A DNA stretch of 63,994 nucleotides, the filler included, from Octopus bimaculoides (lineage: Eukaryota), in assembly GCF_001194135.2 (NCBI RefSeq). It is 5 parts of 5 records of this genome, joined end to end, with 100 filler letters (N's around TTAATTAATTAA, not from the genome) between each part and the next. Parts side by side here need not be neighbours in the genome. Positions count along the whole stretch, not along the records: positions 1 to 25,647 come from NC_068985.1; 4 more parts are not named here. One strand, 5' to 3'. The translations under genes were made by a program, and so were the position numbers. Of the stretch, positions 12,207-23,424 are shown in pieces (positions within the stretch are counted from its first letter, which is position 1; the number at the start of each line of letters is the position of its first letter). Under the pieces are notes generated by a model that was not told the DNA's origin, made no database searches, and saw nothing but the letters and a program-made list of their open reading frames with translations.

Positions 12207-12568
12207 GCGCAGGAGTGGCTATGTGGTAAGTAGCTTGCTTACCAACCACATGGTTCCAGGTTCAGTCCCACTGCGTGGCACTTTGGGCAAATGTCTTGTG
12301 AGAGGATTTGGTAGATGGATTTTGGTAGAGGATTTGGTAGACGAATTTGGTAGACGGGAACTGAAAGAAGCTTGTTGTATATATGTATGTGTGTGTCTGT
12401 CCCCCCAACATCGCTTGACAACTGATGCTGGTGTGTTTACGTCCCGGTAACTTAGCGGTTCTGCCTAAGAGACTGATAGAATAAGTACTGGAGTCAATTT
12501 GCTAGACTAAAGGTGGTGCTCCAGCATGGCCGCAATCAAATGACTGAAACAAGTAGAAGTAAAAGTAA
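12207..12568 (+). mobile_element. tRNA-derived SINE, family A, near full-length
   Basis: Head gcgcaggagtggctatgtggtaagtagcttgcttaccaaccacatggttccaggttcagtccc has A-box- and B-box-like motifs. The body is shared with copies at 38566, 55262, 59150 and 62395. Confidence 0.85.
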
Positions 12569-12714
12569 GTAAGTAAGATATAACAATATAATCCGTGAAA
12601 ATGAAACAAAAACTCATAGCTCGCGAAGACATCCTTTCGCTTTGAATAATAATAAATGAAAAATTTGATCATGTGCACAGCGTTGTTTGGAAAGAAGTTT
12701 AGATTTGACAGTTT

Positions 12715-13140
12715 GTTTTTGGCAGACTCTTGCAAATTTTTGCCTCCCATGGCCAAAACTTGGTCCTCAATTTCAATCAGTACTTGGTTAAAAATTGTTT
12801 CAGAGAACTGAATATTGATATCTAGGTTTGCCAGTGGAACTGCATACTTTAAGTACTCAGCCATATCCTCACGATGTTTCATTCACAACTGCAGGAGACT
12901 GCCAAGTTGACACATGTTCAGATGATTGCAAAACGGTTATGGAGTTTCCTTGGAGAATCTGATATTGATGCTTCAGTCAATGCAAGGTCTCAGTTCTCTT
13001 CATTCTGCTTGGCTTGGGGGAATACTGTAAATTCAGCCCCATCAGCCCCACATTTCCTCTTGTGCCATTTATTGTTTCTCCAGGTATAATACTTGGGTAA
13101 TTGTGGTAAAAGGAGTTTTCTTGCACCTTCATGACACAAC
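12715..13140 (-). mobile_element. Helitron RepHel fragment (region between Rep and helicase)
   Basis: Translations ARKLLLPQLPKYYTW, LTEASISDSPRKLHNRFAI and KHREDMAE...FNQVLIEIEDQVLAMGGKNL resemble conserved Helitron blocks. Confidence 0.7.
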
Positions 13141-13280
13141 TGTTCATGCTATATTATTAGCATTATCCTGCATTTGAGAATAAAAATTACTTCCTTAACT
13201 TTCTAGACATCATAATGCTTATTAGCATTATCCTGCGTTTGAGAATAAAATTTACTTCCTTAAATTTAAAAATGTATTAA

Positions 13281-14755
13281 CTCTTTCATTACCAAACCAC
13301 CCAAAGCCACCCAAAAAAATTTTTGGTTCATGTGACCAAGCCGTCCAAAACCACCCGTAATCACATATTCATATTTAAATGAGAATATCAGAGCAAATCT
13401 CATTAGTACATTCGTGAAAACAGGTGATTATACTGCGTAAACAGTTCAGCTACAGTTTTGTACAACGATTGACGTGTTATTTTAAATTTGTGAATTTTGT
13501 GAGATTTTTTTTCCAAATTTGTTCCTGTTGTGTTTTTAAAATTTGTAATTCTGACAAAAAATGGATACGAATTTTATTCTGTCAAGCAGCAAGTCAGAAT
13601 TCGAAGGATTTTCCATTGAAGACCTTGATAAACCTAACTCTATAACTAGGAAAAAAAAAAAAAAAAAAGCATGTGGTATTTGATAATGAATCTGATGTTT
13701 CATTTTCCGAAAGTGAAAGCAGTGAATCCAAGAGTTCTGATATAAAACAGTTTATAGACCAGGGAGATATTTATCAATTGATGAGGGAATGGTGGGCTAT
13801 AAAGGCCGAGTGCGTTTCCGACAATATATGCCAGGAAAGCCCACAAAATGGGGGATCAAAGTTTGGAAGATTTGTGAATCAAATACTGGGTACTGCTCTG
13901 GATTTGAATTTTATACAGGAAAAAGAGACAATTATGTAAGTCAGCATGGCCTAGGGTATGATGTGGTCTGGAATTTATCACTTCGATACCATAACCAGAG
14001 CCGTATAATATTTTTTGACCAATTTTTCAGTACAGTCAACCTTGCAGAGAATTTAGATACTGTGGCAACACGTTCATGTGCTACAGTGATCGCTAGTAGA
14101 AAAGGACTGCCGTTGGATATAAAAAAAGCAAAATTAAAAAAAAGGTGAAATAATTCAACAGCAGAAGGGAAATTTGCTAGCGACAGCATACAGAGATAAG
14201 AGGCAGATTAATTGTCTGTCTACCTGTGCACAGTCACATATGGATGAAAATGGCATGCCATTTGTGAACCTCGATTATAACAGGTACATGGGTGGTGTAG
14301 ATCGGCTGAATCAGTTGAGGTCTTATTATCCAGTTGGCAGACCGGGGAATAAATAGTGGCAATACCTGGTTTGGTATATAGTAAATACGAGTATTACTAA
14401 TGCATTTATACTATATACCAAATCGGGGCCGGCTCGAAAGCGATGCGACCATTTGCAGTTCCATGCAGATATAGCAACACAACTGAGAGCTGGTTATTCC
14501 TCAAAAAAAAATAACTGTAGGGAGAAAAAGCAAAGCCTGCCAGAGAGATATCCCTCTGAATTCAGCCGATCTCCATAAATTAGAAAAAAATCGAGGGTCG
14601 CAAACAGCAGTGTCGCGAATGCCTTCATCAAAAAAGGAAAGCTCCTAGTGAAAGGGCTGTTGGAACAACTTTCCAATGTACATTCTGAAAGGTTGCATTA
14701 TGTAGAGCAGGGTGCTTTACAAGTTTTTTTGGTTAGAAATATGGTAACAAAAGGG
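13281..14755 (+). mobile_element. piggyBac (PGBD4-like) DNA transposon, internally deleted, with TTAA TSDs
   Basis: TTAA at 13277-13280 and 14756-14759. TIRs ctctttcattacca and cccttttgttacca (11/14). Motifs IDEGMVGYKGR...YMPGKPTKWGIKVW...GY, FFDQFFST, YNRYMGGVD, plus a degenerate Cys-rich C-terminus. Stops and frameshifts present. Confidence 0.9.
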
Positions 14756-15039
14756 TTAAAAATCAAAAACAAATTGGTAAAGCTTCATTGAAACAGAAAC
14801 TACTGATTTGGTGCTTTCTGAACAGGACTATAAAAGAATATTACCACCTTTTTTTTTCAGAAAAAGCAGCGAAAAATAACGTTTTTTGAAAGGGGTGTTG
14901 CATTTTTGCTATCAGTTAGTGTCAAGAAGGTCAACAGGAGTTACATTCAACTGCCATTGGCTTATCCGTTATTGCCCTCCCCATCCACTCACTTGTCAAC
15001 ACCCGTGTGGACAAGGGAGAGAGAGAAAAATCAAGTTAA

Positions 15040-17127
15040 ACCTTGCAGAACCAAACAATATCTCCTATAATAAAAAGAAGTGCTGGTGAATGTGCCTTGT
15101 TTGGTGAAAATGAACTGGGCTTCATTTTGTTATTGAAATAGATAACAACTGCATTTGTCTTATTTGCAAAGAACAAGTAGCCATTCATAAAAAATATAAC
15201 ATAGAGAGGCATTTCGTGAGTAAGCATAAGACCTATGGAAATTTGAAAGAATATGAACATTTTGACAAGAAAATCTGACCAAAAGACAAGCTTGAAAGTT
15301 AATCAGTTACTCAAGCTAGTTATGTGGTATACGAAAATATTGCTAAAAAAACTCGAACCACATAGGGATGGTCAATTCATGAAAAAATGTATCCTTACTG
15401 CTGTTGAGAATATATGCCCAGAAAAACTTAATTTGTTTGGAAGAACTGTTTCTGATTGTATTAAAGATAGTTTTGATGACATTCAAAATTTTCTAAAATC
15501 TGATTCAGCAGAATTTGTATTGTATTCGTTAGCTATTAATGAGACAACTGATCTGTCTAATACTGCTCAAATGGCAATATTTATACATGCAATAACTGCA
15601 AAATTCAACATTTGGTACGAATTTCTTCCCTTGAAATCAATGCATGGAACAACTAGAGGTGAAGATTTATTTCAAGTGGTCAATCAGCCATGAAAAATTT
15701 TGATTTACCATATGAAAAAATGGGTGCTCCATCTATGGTAGGTCGTGAAAAAGGGTTTGTAGCTTTGATTAAGAATGAATTTAAGAAGCGTCTTTTGGAT
15801 CCGGAAACTTTGTGTATCACTGCTTTATTCATATGGAAACTTTATGTGCAAAATCTCTCAACATGGGCAATGTAATGAAAGTTGTAACTAAGGCTGTTAT
15901 TTGATAAAAAGCAAAGGGTTAAATAATAGGGAATTTAAAGAATTTTTGAAAGATCTTGAAGCCGAATATGGGGATTTATTGTACTATTGTGAAGTTAAGT
16001 AAGGACCAAATGCTTAAGCAATTTTATGAACTGAAGGAAGAAGTGAAAACTTCTATGGATATTAAAGGTGTTCCTATTATAGAACTGGAAGATAAAAAGT
16101 TTCAAAGTGATTTAGCATTTTTAGTAGATATAACAGGTCATTTAAATAATTTGAACTCAAAACTACAAGGCTCCAATCAGCTAATAACCAGTTTGCTTTC
16201 TCATATCAAAAGCTTTGAATTGATTCTTCATTTATTTGTTACACAATTGAAAAGTGCTTCACACATTTTCTGAAATTGAGCAAACAAAATACCTAATCAA
16301 CAAAGGAACATTTTAACGAGAGTGAAAGTCTTTTGAAGAAATTTGAAAGTAGATTTGAAGAAATACAAGATAAAATCGAACTATGCGTTTTTGAAACACC
16401 TTTTGATATGTGTCCTGAGGAGGCTCCTGATTCCTTACAATTAGAATTAATTGATTTGCAGTCAGATAACTTAATAAAATCGAAATATAGTAATCTGTTT
16501 TTTATTGGACTTCTACAAACCCATCAATCCTGAGAAATTCCCTGCTTCACATAAAAATGCCTTGAAATTCATATCTCAATTTTTGACAACTTATCAATGT
16601 GAGCAGTTTTTTACCAAACTGAATTATGCAAAATATTGTCTTCATACCAGACTTACTAATGAAAACCTGAGTAATGAACTAAGAATAGCAGTTTCTTCAA
16701 AGACGTGATATTCCTAAACTTTCAAAAAAAGAAAAAAGTAGTTTCATCTTTCACACTAAACAAAGCCAGATTTTAAAATTTGTTCAAATATGTCATTTAC
16801 ACATAATACTATTTAGGTATTAATGTAATTTTCCAAAATTAAATATGGTCTGTGCTTGACTGTTATGATTTCTCCAACATTAGGATAGGCGTATTTTGAA
16901 AAATATAAAATACCTCATAAGTATATAAATGTCCTGAATTTGGTGGCAGCAGTAATGAAGATGTTATGCATTAATTTAATGTGTTAAACTTATCTTCATT
17001 GATGTATATTGAATTATACATAGATATATACACTACACAGATGCAAGAGTCAGAACTTGTGATCCGCCCACACACCTTTTTCTTTGGAAATTTTAGCCTG
17101 CCACACTAAAAAGTTTCCCCACCCTTG
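15040..17127 (+). mobile_element. hAT (Buster/Charlie/SPIN-like, GTF2IRD2-type) transposase pseudogene with right TIR
   Basis: CLICKEQVAIHKKYNIERHF, DGQFMKKC...CPEK, YSLAINETTDLSNTAQMAIF, MHGTTRGEDLF, DLAFLVDITGHLNNLNSKLQG, LQLELIDLQSD, TYQCEQFF. Right TIR 17110-17127 (reverse complement CAAGGGTGGGGAAACTTT), followed by ATCTAAAA, which fits the nnnTAnnn Buster-type target. No left TIR was found. Confidence 0.88.
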
Positions 17128-17290
17128 ATCTAAAACTTTGTTGATATATTTACAAACATACTTAATAGAGTTAACAGAGTTGCAGAATCCAAAGTTGACT
17201 CTTGCTACCTGTACTTGTCTTTGCTTCACTGTAGGATACTGATCATCTACATCTACCCCGACTCCTCTTGTAGAGAGTGAGAACATTGTT
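17128..17290 (-). mobile_element. Helitron Rep-domain fragment
   Basis: RVNFGFCNSVNSIKYVCKYINKVLDQ matches the Helitron block HINVExCxSVKSIKYxCKYxNKGxD. Confidence 0.7.
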
Positions 17291-17830
17291 CTCAGAAACT
17301 TTTTCGAAAATTAAAATGGGGATTAAATGAAAAAATTAGTTAAGTGAATATTTTCACAAGAGTGATTGAAATAAATGGTGATTGTGGAACGCCGCACACA
17401 TGANNNNNNNNNNNNNNNNNNNNNNNNNNNNNNNNNNNNNNNNNNNNNNNNNNNNNNNNNNNNNNNNNNNNNNNNNNNNNNNNNNNNNNNNNNNNNNNNN
17501 NNNNNNNNNNNNNNNNNNNNNNNNNNNNNNNNNNNNNNNNNNNNNNNNNNNNNNNNNNNNNNNNNNNNNNNNNNNNNNNNNNNNNNNNNNNNNNNNNNNN
17601 NNNNNNNNNNNNNNNNNNNNNNNNNNNNNNNNNNNNNNNNNNNNNNNNNNNNNNNNNNNNNNNNNNNNNNNNNNNNNNNNNNNNNNNNNNNNNNNNNNNN
17701 NNNNNNNNNNNNNNNNNNNNNNNNNNNNNNNNNNNNNNNNNNNNNNNNNNNNNNNNNNNNNNNNNNNNACTGGAACCCTCTACGTTGTAAGTGACAGAGT
17801 GCCAACAACAACAATACGTATACATGGTGG

Positions 17831-18212
17831 AGGCGCAATGGCCCAGTGGTTAGGGCAGTGGACTCGCGGTCATAGGATCACGGTTTCGATTCCCAGACCG
17901 GGTGTTGTGAGTGTTTATTGAGCGAAAACACCTAAAGCTCCACGAGGCTCCGGCAGGGGATGGTGGCGAACTCTGCTGTACTCTTCCACCACAACTTTCT
18001 CTCACTCTTACTTCCTGTTTCTGTTGTGCCTGTAATTCAAAGGGTCAGCCTTGTTACACTGTGTCACGCTGAATATCCCCGAGAACTACGTTAAGGGTAT
18101 ACGTGTCTGTGGAGTGCTCAGCCACTTGCACGTTAATTTCACGAGCAGGCTGTTCTGTTGGTCAGATCAACTGGAACCCTCTACGTTGTAAGTGACAGAG
18201 TGCCAACAACAA
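17831..18212 (+). mobile_element. tRNA-derived SINE, family B, full-length with (AAC)n tail
   Basis: tRNA-like head ggcgcaatggcccagtggttagggcag...ggtttcgattcccagacc. Body cctgtaattcaaagggtcagccttg...gcacgttaatttcacgagcaggctg is shared with 43350, 51725 and 52722. Confidence 0.85.
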
Positions 18213-19734
18213 CAATACGTATACATGACAACACACCCCTTGACTGATTCTCTCTTTCTCACAAACACACACTCATACAGAAATGTATACAAATGTACAT
18301 ACAAAAACACACATGTGCATGTGTGACTGACTTATGTGTGAAGAGAGAACATTGAAAACAATGAATGAAACAAACATGAAATGAAAAAAATCATAAATAA
18401 AAGCTCGTTAAAAACTATTTTGGACCAAATATTTAAATTTCTGAACTTTGTAAATATTGCTTTCAGTAATCTATCATAGTTGTTTGCAAATAGTGAATTA
18501 AAACTTGAAATGAAAACATTAAAATAGAGAGTGAGAGATTTTGCAAATGAAAACGGAAAATTTCACCATTGTTACATCAATACCAGAAGTTAACATTGAG
18601 AAACCTTTTTAAAGAAATGAATCATATATATAAAACAATATTATTTATTTTTAATAAAAAAAATAAACTGAAGGTCCTATTATGTAGCCGAGGTCAAATT
18701 ATTCATGTATCCCAAGTAGGGAAGCAATTCACACAGCCATTTTTGCGTGAAATGTGAATACACACACACACACAGTTCTATTTTATGTATATATGTATGT
18801 ATGTATGGATACATTAAGTACACAAATTAAAAAACAAATAATGATATTCATTATCACAAAATGCAAAGTAACCTCAAAGTATATGTAAACTAGTATTTGT
18901 ACAAAAATATAAATATACAGGCACCCCTCCCAACAAATATACACACACACATACTGTATAAGTATCAAATTGTAGTCATATCATAGAAATGAAGGATATA
19001 TGGGATTAAAATAGTATGTCCCTTTGATCTTCACATCTACAAGGCTTTGAACTCAACTATGCAAGCAACCAAAAACATCTATAAAGTACTCCCACTATTT
19101 TCAACAATAAGCAGTGAATAAGAAACACCAATAAGAAAAGAAAGTGACTAAATCAGCTTTCAAATTAGCAGAAGACAAAATAAATTATCTTCAATGCAAT
19201 TGAGCAAGAATGTGTTAATGGGCTTAAATTGATCTTTTTGAAGAACAATATTAGAAAATCTGAGCTGCTCTTAAAGAAAAAAAATGTATCAACTCTTTTT
19301 GGTTTATCAGTAATGCAGCTTCTGTAATCTAGTAAAAATGAGAACTGCATTTTCTCTTCCATCAAATTTATGCACAATTTATTAACCTGTCTTAAATAAT
19401 AATTTATCATTGTTACAATGCTGTTTGATGCCGGAACTTGAATTCATGCAAGCTGAGTGCAAGTCAAGTTTTAAATGAGGCATCAAAAGTAGGTAGACAA
19501 AAACAGATTAAAAAGGTAAGATAACAGCATGATAATTGGATAAAATTAAGGCAAAATAACTGACTACAGGCTGTCCAGATATTTTGAATTCAGACATCCT
19601 TCAATTAAGGGATCACCTGCTTTTCTTTACTGTAGTAGCAAGACATAAGAGAATATAACTAACTTGCTTAATTCACCACATTATTGATTACAAAATAAAT
19701 AACAAATAATAGAAAAGTAATGAGTCAAAAATAC

Positions 19735-19896
19735 CAGAGCTGTTTCTATAATGCTGCTTCCAGTTGTAACAACATCTTCAATGATCAAACATTTGTCATT
19801 TTGTTGAAAATTACCTTCCACCATTTTCTTGGTCCCATAGTCTTTAGCTTCCTTCCTTTTAACTAACATAGGTATGTTGTGATTGACTGCAATGCA
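19735..19896 (-). CDS. UMPS: UMP synthase internal exon (orotate phosphoribosyltransferase domain, PRPP-binding motif)
   Basis: 162 nt, phase 0-0, acceptor ttctcag and donor gtattt. Encodes [54 protein letters not shown], with the RKEAKDYG loop and IIEDVVTTG motif typical of animal OPRTase. Confidence 0.93.
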
Positions 19897-20316
19897 CTGA
19901 GAAGTATAGTAAAAAAATTAATTAGCTCATGTAAGCAATTATAAATAGTTTTTGATTAAATAAATTTAAAACTAGAAATTTATTTTCAATAAACATCTAT
20001 AACCAACAATTTATACATTCCAAAATGTTAGAGAATTTTGAAGTTGTATATTTGAGCAGAACGGATCAACATAAAGCAAAAACAAGCTATGCTTCAATGT
20101 ATGTATAAAATATTCTAAATACTATACAATAAAGACAAAAATTTCCCACAGTGAGAGGGGAACAGTTATTCAAACCTGGTTAAACTTAAACATCAATGCA
20201 TTTCTAGAATGATGTAACATCATATTGTGTTACTGACTCCTTTCAACAAATAAAACACAATATTAAATAGGACTAAACCAAAATTAACAGTATGTATAAA
20301 TTATAAAAAGACTTAC

Positions 20317-20415
20317 AGTGGCTAAAGGAAGTGCAGTGTAAGGAACTCCACATATTCTGGCAAAGTCCTTCTTTCCATCTGGAAGGCATTCATACATCAT
20401 ACTCGAGACCTCATT
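20317..20415 (-). CDS. UMPS: UMP synthase internal exon preceding the one above
   Basis: 99 nt, phase 0-0, acceptor tttttacggtag and donor gtaagt. Encodes NEVSSMMYECLPDGKKDFARICGVPYTALPLAT. CGVPYTALPLAT is a diagnostic UMPS motif and splices in frame to the next exon. Confidence 0.93.
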
Positions 20416-20649
20416 CTACCGTAAAAACAGTAATAATTATGAAAAAATTAATGATCATGATCTTAATCATCATCTTAATGCTCTTATTTCCATGCTTGCA
20501 TGAGTCGGATGAAACTTGTTGAGGGAAATTTTCAACATCAAATGACACTGCTTGTATGACAGTGAGATTTATTTACAACTAGTAAATCATATAACATGGA
20601 GACATCCACACACCCACATGCATATAGATATATATGCCATGTATACATG

Positions 20650-21062
20650 AGCGGCAGGTGTGGCTGTTAAGTAAAAAGTTTGCTTCCCAACCACATGATT
20701 GGTTTAAGGTTCAGTCCCACTGTGTGGCACCTTGAGCAAGTATCTTCAACTATAGCCCTAGGCTAACTAAAGCCATGAGAGTGGATTTGGAAGCATTTGT
20801 GTCTGTGAGTGTGTGTGTGTTTATATACATGTTTATGCATGTGCATTAGTCTCCTTGCCTTGACATCAAATGATAGTTGTAAGCAAGTGTCATCATCATG
20901 CAAGCACTGTCCTTTGTTTCCAATCTTTTGTAAAAACATCTCTGATGGAAAAATATTATCTTAATTGGAAACAGGTAGGGTTGGTGATAGGAAGGGTATC
21001 CTGCTGTAGAAATTCACTTCAACTCATGTGAGCAGAGAAAACTAAACATTAAAATGATGATG
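20650..21062 (+). mobile_element. Degenerate SINE with family A head and RTE-like (ATG)n tail
   Basis: Head ggtgtggctgttaagtaaaaagtttgcttcccaaccacatg...ggttcagtcccactgtgtggcacc. Tail ggaagggtatcctgctgtagaaa...aaacattaaaatgatgatg. Confidence 0.7.
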
Positions 21063-21219
21063 ATACTATATATTAATGTTTGTTTATAAGTCAAGTCATA
21101 ATAAAAACAATTTTACATTAAACTGAAGGATTACTCAATGCTTTCTGTAGAGTACATAGTTATCAATTACAAGAAGGTTGCTATGTGTGTCTATACATAC
21201 ATGCACATACACACACATA

Positions 21220-22073
21220 TAGTGAAAATTTACAAAAAAACAAAAGATGAAGACACGTGTGTAAAAATCAGATGTATTAGTTCAACTCTCAGGAAGTGAG
21301 AAAGTCATTTACGCTTCGAGCCTATGCTCTTTGACAGAAAGGAACACAGAAATAAACAGGGAGAGAAAATAGAAAAAGATTTAGTGGCTAGTAATCTATC
21401 ATGGTGAATGCTGGACAGAGTAGTCACACAGGAGAGTTAGGAAGAAGGGGAGATAATAAAGTAGTGGTGATCCCAAAACAAAGGTGTGCATGCGTATGAG
21501 AGCGTGTATGTGCGTGTGGAAGGGGGCTGGTGACATTGACATGTGCATGTGCATATGTAGGTGTAGGTGCTGGGAAATGGTCAGTGCTAGTGTGCGCGGG
21601 GTGGCGTGATGTGGTGGTGTGGGGGAGGCGAGAGTAGGGCAGCAAGGGAGTGGGTCTAAGGGATGAGGTGGGGTGGTACGGGATGTATAGGGATGGTGGG
21701 GTTGGAATGTGTAGAGGTGGGGTAACGATGAAGGGAGAGGGGGAAGAGAGAAGGTGGGGAGGAGGGGAGAAGGTGGGTAGGAGGTGAGGTGGGGAGGAGG
21801 GGAGAAGGTGGGGAGGAGGGGAGGTGGGTAGGAGGGGAGATGGTGGGTAGGAGGGGAGATGGTGGGTAGGAGGGAAGACAGGAAGTAAGTGCCAGAGCAA
21901 GAGAGGAGAGGTGGGTGGGAGGAAGTGAGAGAGGAAGAGAGAAGAGAAAAGGAGGGTTAGATGAAGAGGGGAGGAGAGTTGAGCCCATGTAGCACAAAGG
22001 AGCAAAGAGAGGAGATTAATCCCTGCTCACAGCGAAGATAGGAGTCCGGATGGCCCATATGCAAGGACAATCC
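21220..22073 (-). mobile_element. 3' end of a Penelope-like element (GIY-YIG C-terminus, pyrimidine-rich 3' UTR, terminal repeat)
   Basis: 21957-22073 translates GLSLHMGHPDSYLRCEQGLISSLCSFVLHGLNSPPLFI*, resembling the EQxLI...GLN end of GIY-YIG domains. The terminal block is shared with about 31550-31700 and about 46950-47110. Confidence 0.6.
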
Positions 22074-23289
22074 AAACACACACATATATATATAAAACAA
22101 TAAGTAAATAGAGATAACTAAATTAATAATTATTTATTAATTACAAAATTGGACATCATCTCTGACAGCTGTTTCGATTCAAGAATCTTGTGTTGAGTGT
22201 AGGAAGCAAATCCACTAACTAATAAATGCTTTGTAGAAAGAACATGGTATAAACCTTACAAGGCAGGGGGAGGTTTAATATATTTACCGAAGTTATAAAA
22301 ATGAAGATAAAAATAAAGAATAAGATATGGTAATAAAACATATATCTCTAAAGTATAATTATCAAATAAAAGTAATTGTGAATGTGGTTATAAAAGTATA
22401 TATAGGAATATATTATGGGTAGTTATTAAAATTATAAAATAAGCAGTATGTTAATTAATGCTATCGTAAACCAATAAATAATTATGAATAGAAAAATTAT
22501 AGTGAATATATATAGAGACAGTTTGTAATTATATAAGTAATTAGGATGTATATATGACTAAAATATATATAAGAAGGGTAATAAGTAAAAAACATTTTTT
22601 TGAGTGCATTATATATAAATAACCCATGCCAGCTTGGAAAACAGGCGTTAAACGATGATGATGATGACAATACATAATTTATTTGTGTAGAGATAAAACA
22701 AAAGTGCAACAAGCATATAATAAAATAATATAGAATAGATTAGTGAGTAGGCAAATGAAAATTTAATATTACACAAATATAAACATAAGTTTACATGCAT
22801 ATATAGTAAATATAGATAATTAATTATAGGCCAGACATATTAAAAAATGTGAAATTAATGTATAAAGTATGTAATAACCTAAAACATATAAGGACTTAGG
22901 AGTAAGTAAATTTAATGCTAAAATTAAGCATTATATAATATATAAAGTCACGCTTAAAAGTATATTAAGTTCAATAGCATTTAATGGAGAGAGTATCAGA
23001 TACTAAACCAATACAATAATAAGTAAATAAATACACACACACACAAACATGTATATTTATATATACGTAAAATTCTAGCTTTCGGTGGCTTCAAAGAAGT
23101 TAGAAGGATCAAGTGGCAAAGACATTATTCTGCTTAGGGAAGGCATCTGGCAAATATAACTGCTGTCACCCACAGAAAAACTATTGTTTTAGTATGAGAA
23201 AAGTGCTGTTGAACTGTTAAGTGAAATTTGGCGATTGAAGAGCGAATCCACGCTATGCCTGCATGAAACCACTACATATATATCTATAT

Positions 23290-23424
23290 ACGACAGGTTT
23301 CTTTCAGTTTCTGTCTACCAAATCTACTCACAAGGCTTTGGTCAGCCTGAGGCTATAGTAGAAGACACTTGCCCAAGGTTCCACACAGCGGGACTGAACC
23401 CAGAACTTGGTAAGCAAGCTACTT
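23290..23424 (-). mobile_element. Family A SINE, body portion (head displaced to 24870-24906 by an insertion)
   Basis: Reverse complement aagtagcttgcttaccaagttctgggttcagtcccgctgtgtggaaccttgggcaagtgtcttctactatagcc continues the head found at 24870-24906. Confidence 0.8.

Noticed and set aside
13146-13262. About 70-bp imperfect tandem duplication left of the piggyBac
   Set aside because: An ordinary local duplication with no coding or structural signal.
17831-17905. tRNA-like sequence (also at 12207, 38566, 43350 and 58041)
   Set aside because: Each continues into a shared SINE body and lacks a proper acceptor stem or T-run terminator, so these are SINE heads rather than tRNA genes.
22157-22195. 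Minus-strand GAAAC-AGCT-GTC hammerhead half with a gattc/gaatc stem II
   Set aside because: The CUGANGA half has decayed (ctcaacacaa). It is a remnant, not a supportable ribozyme.
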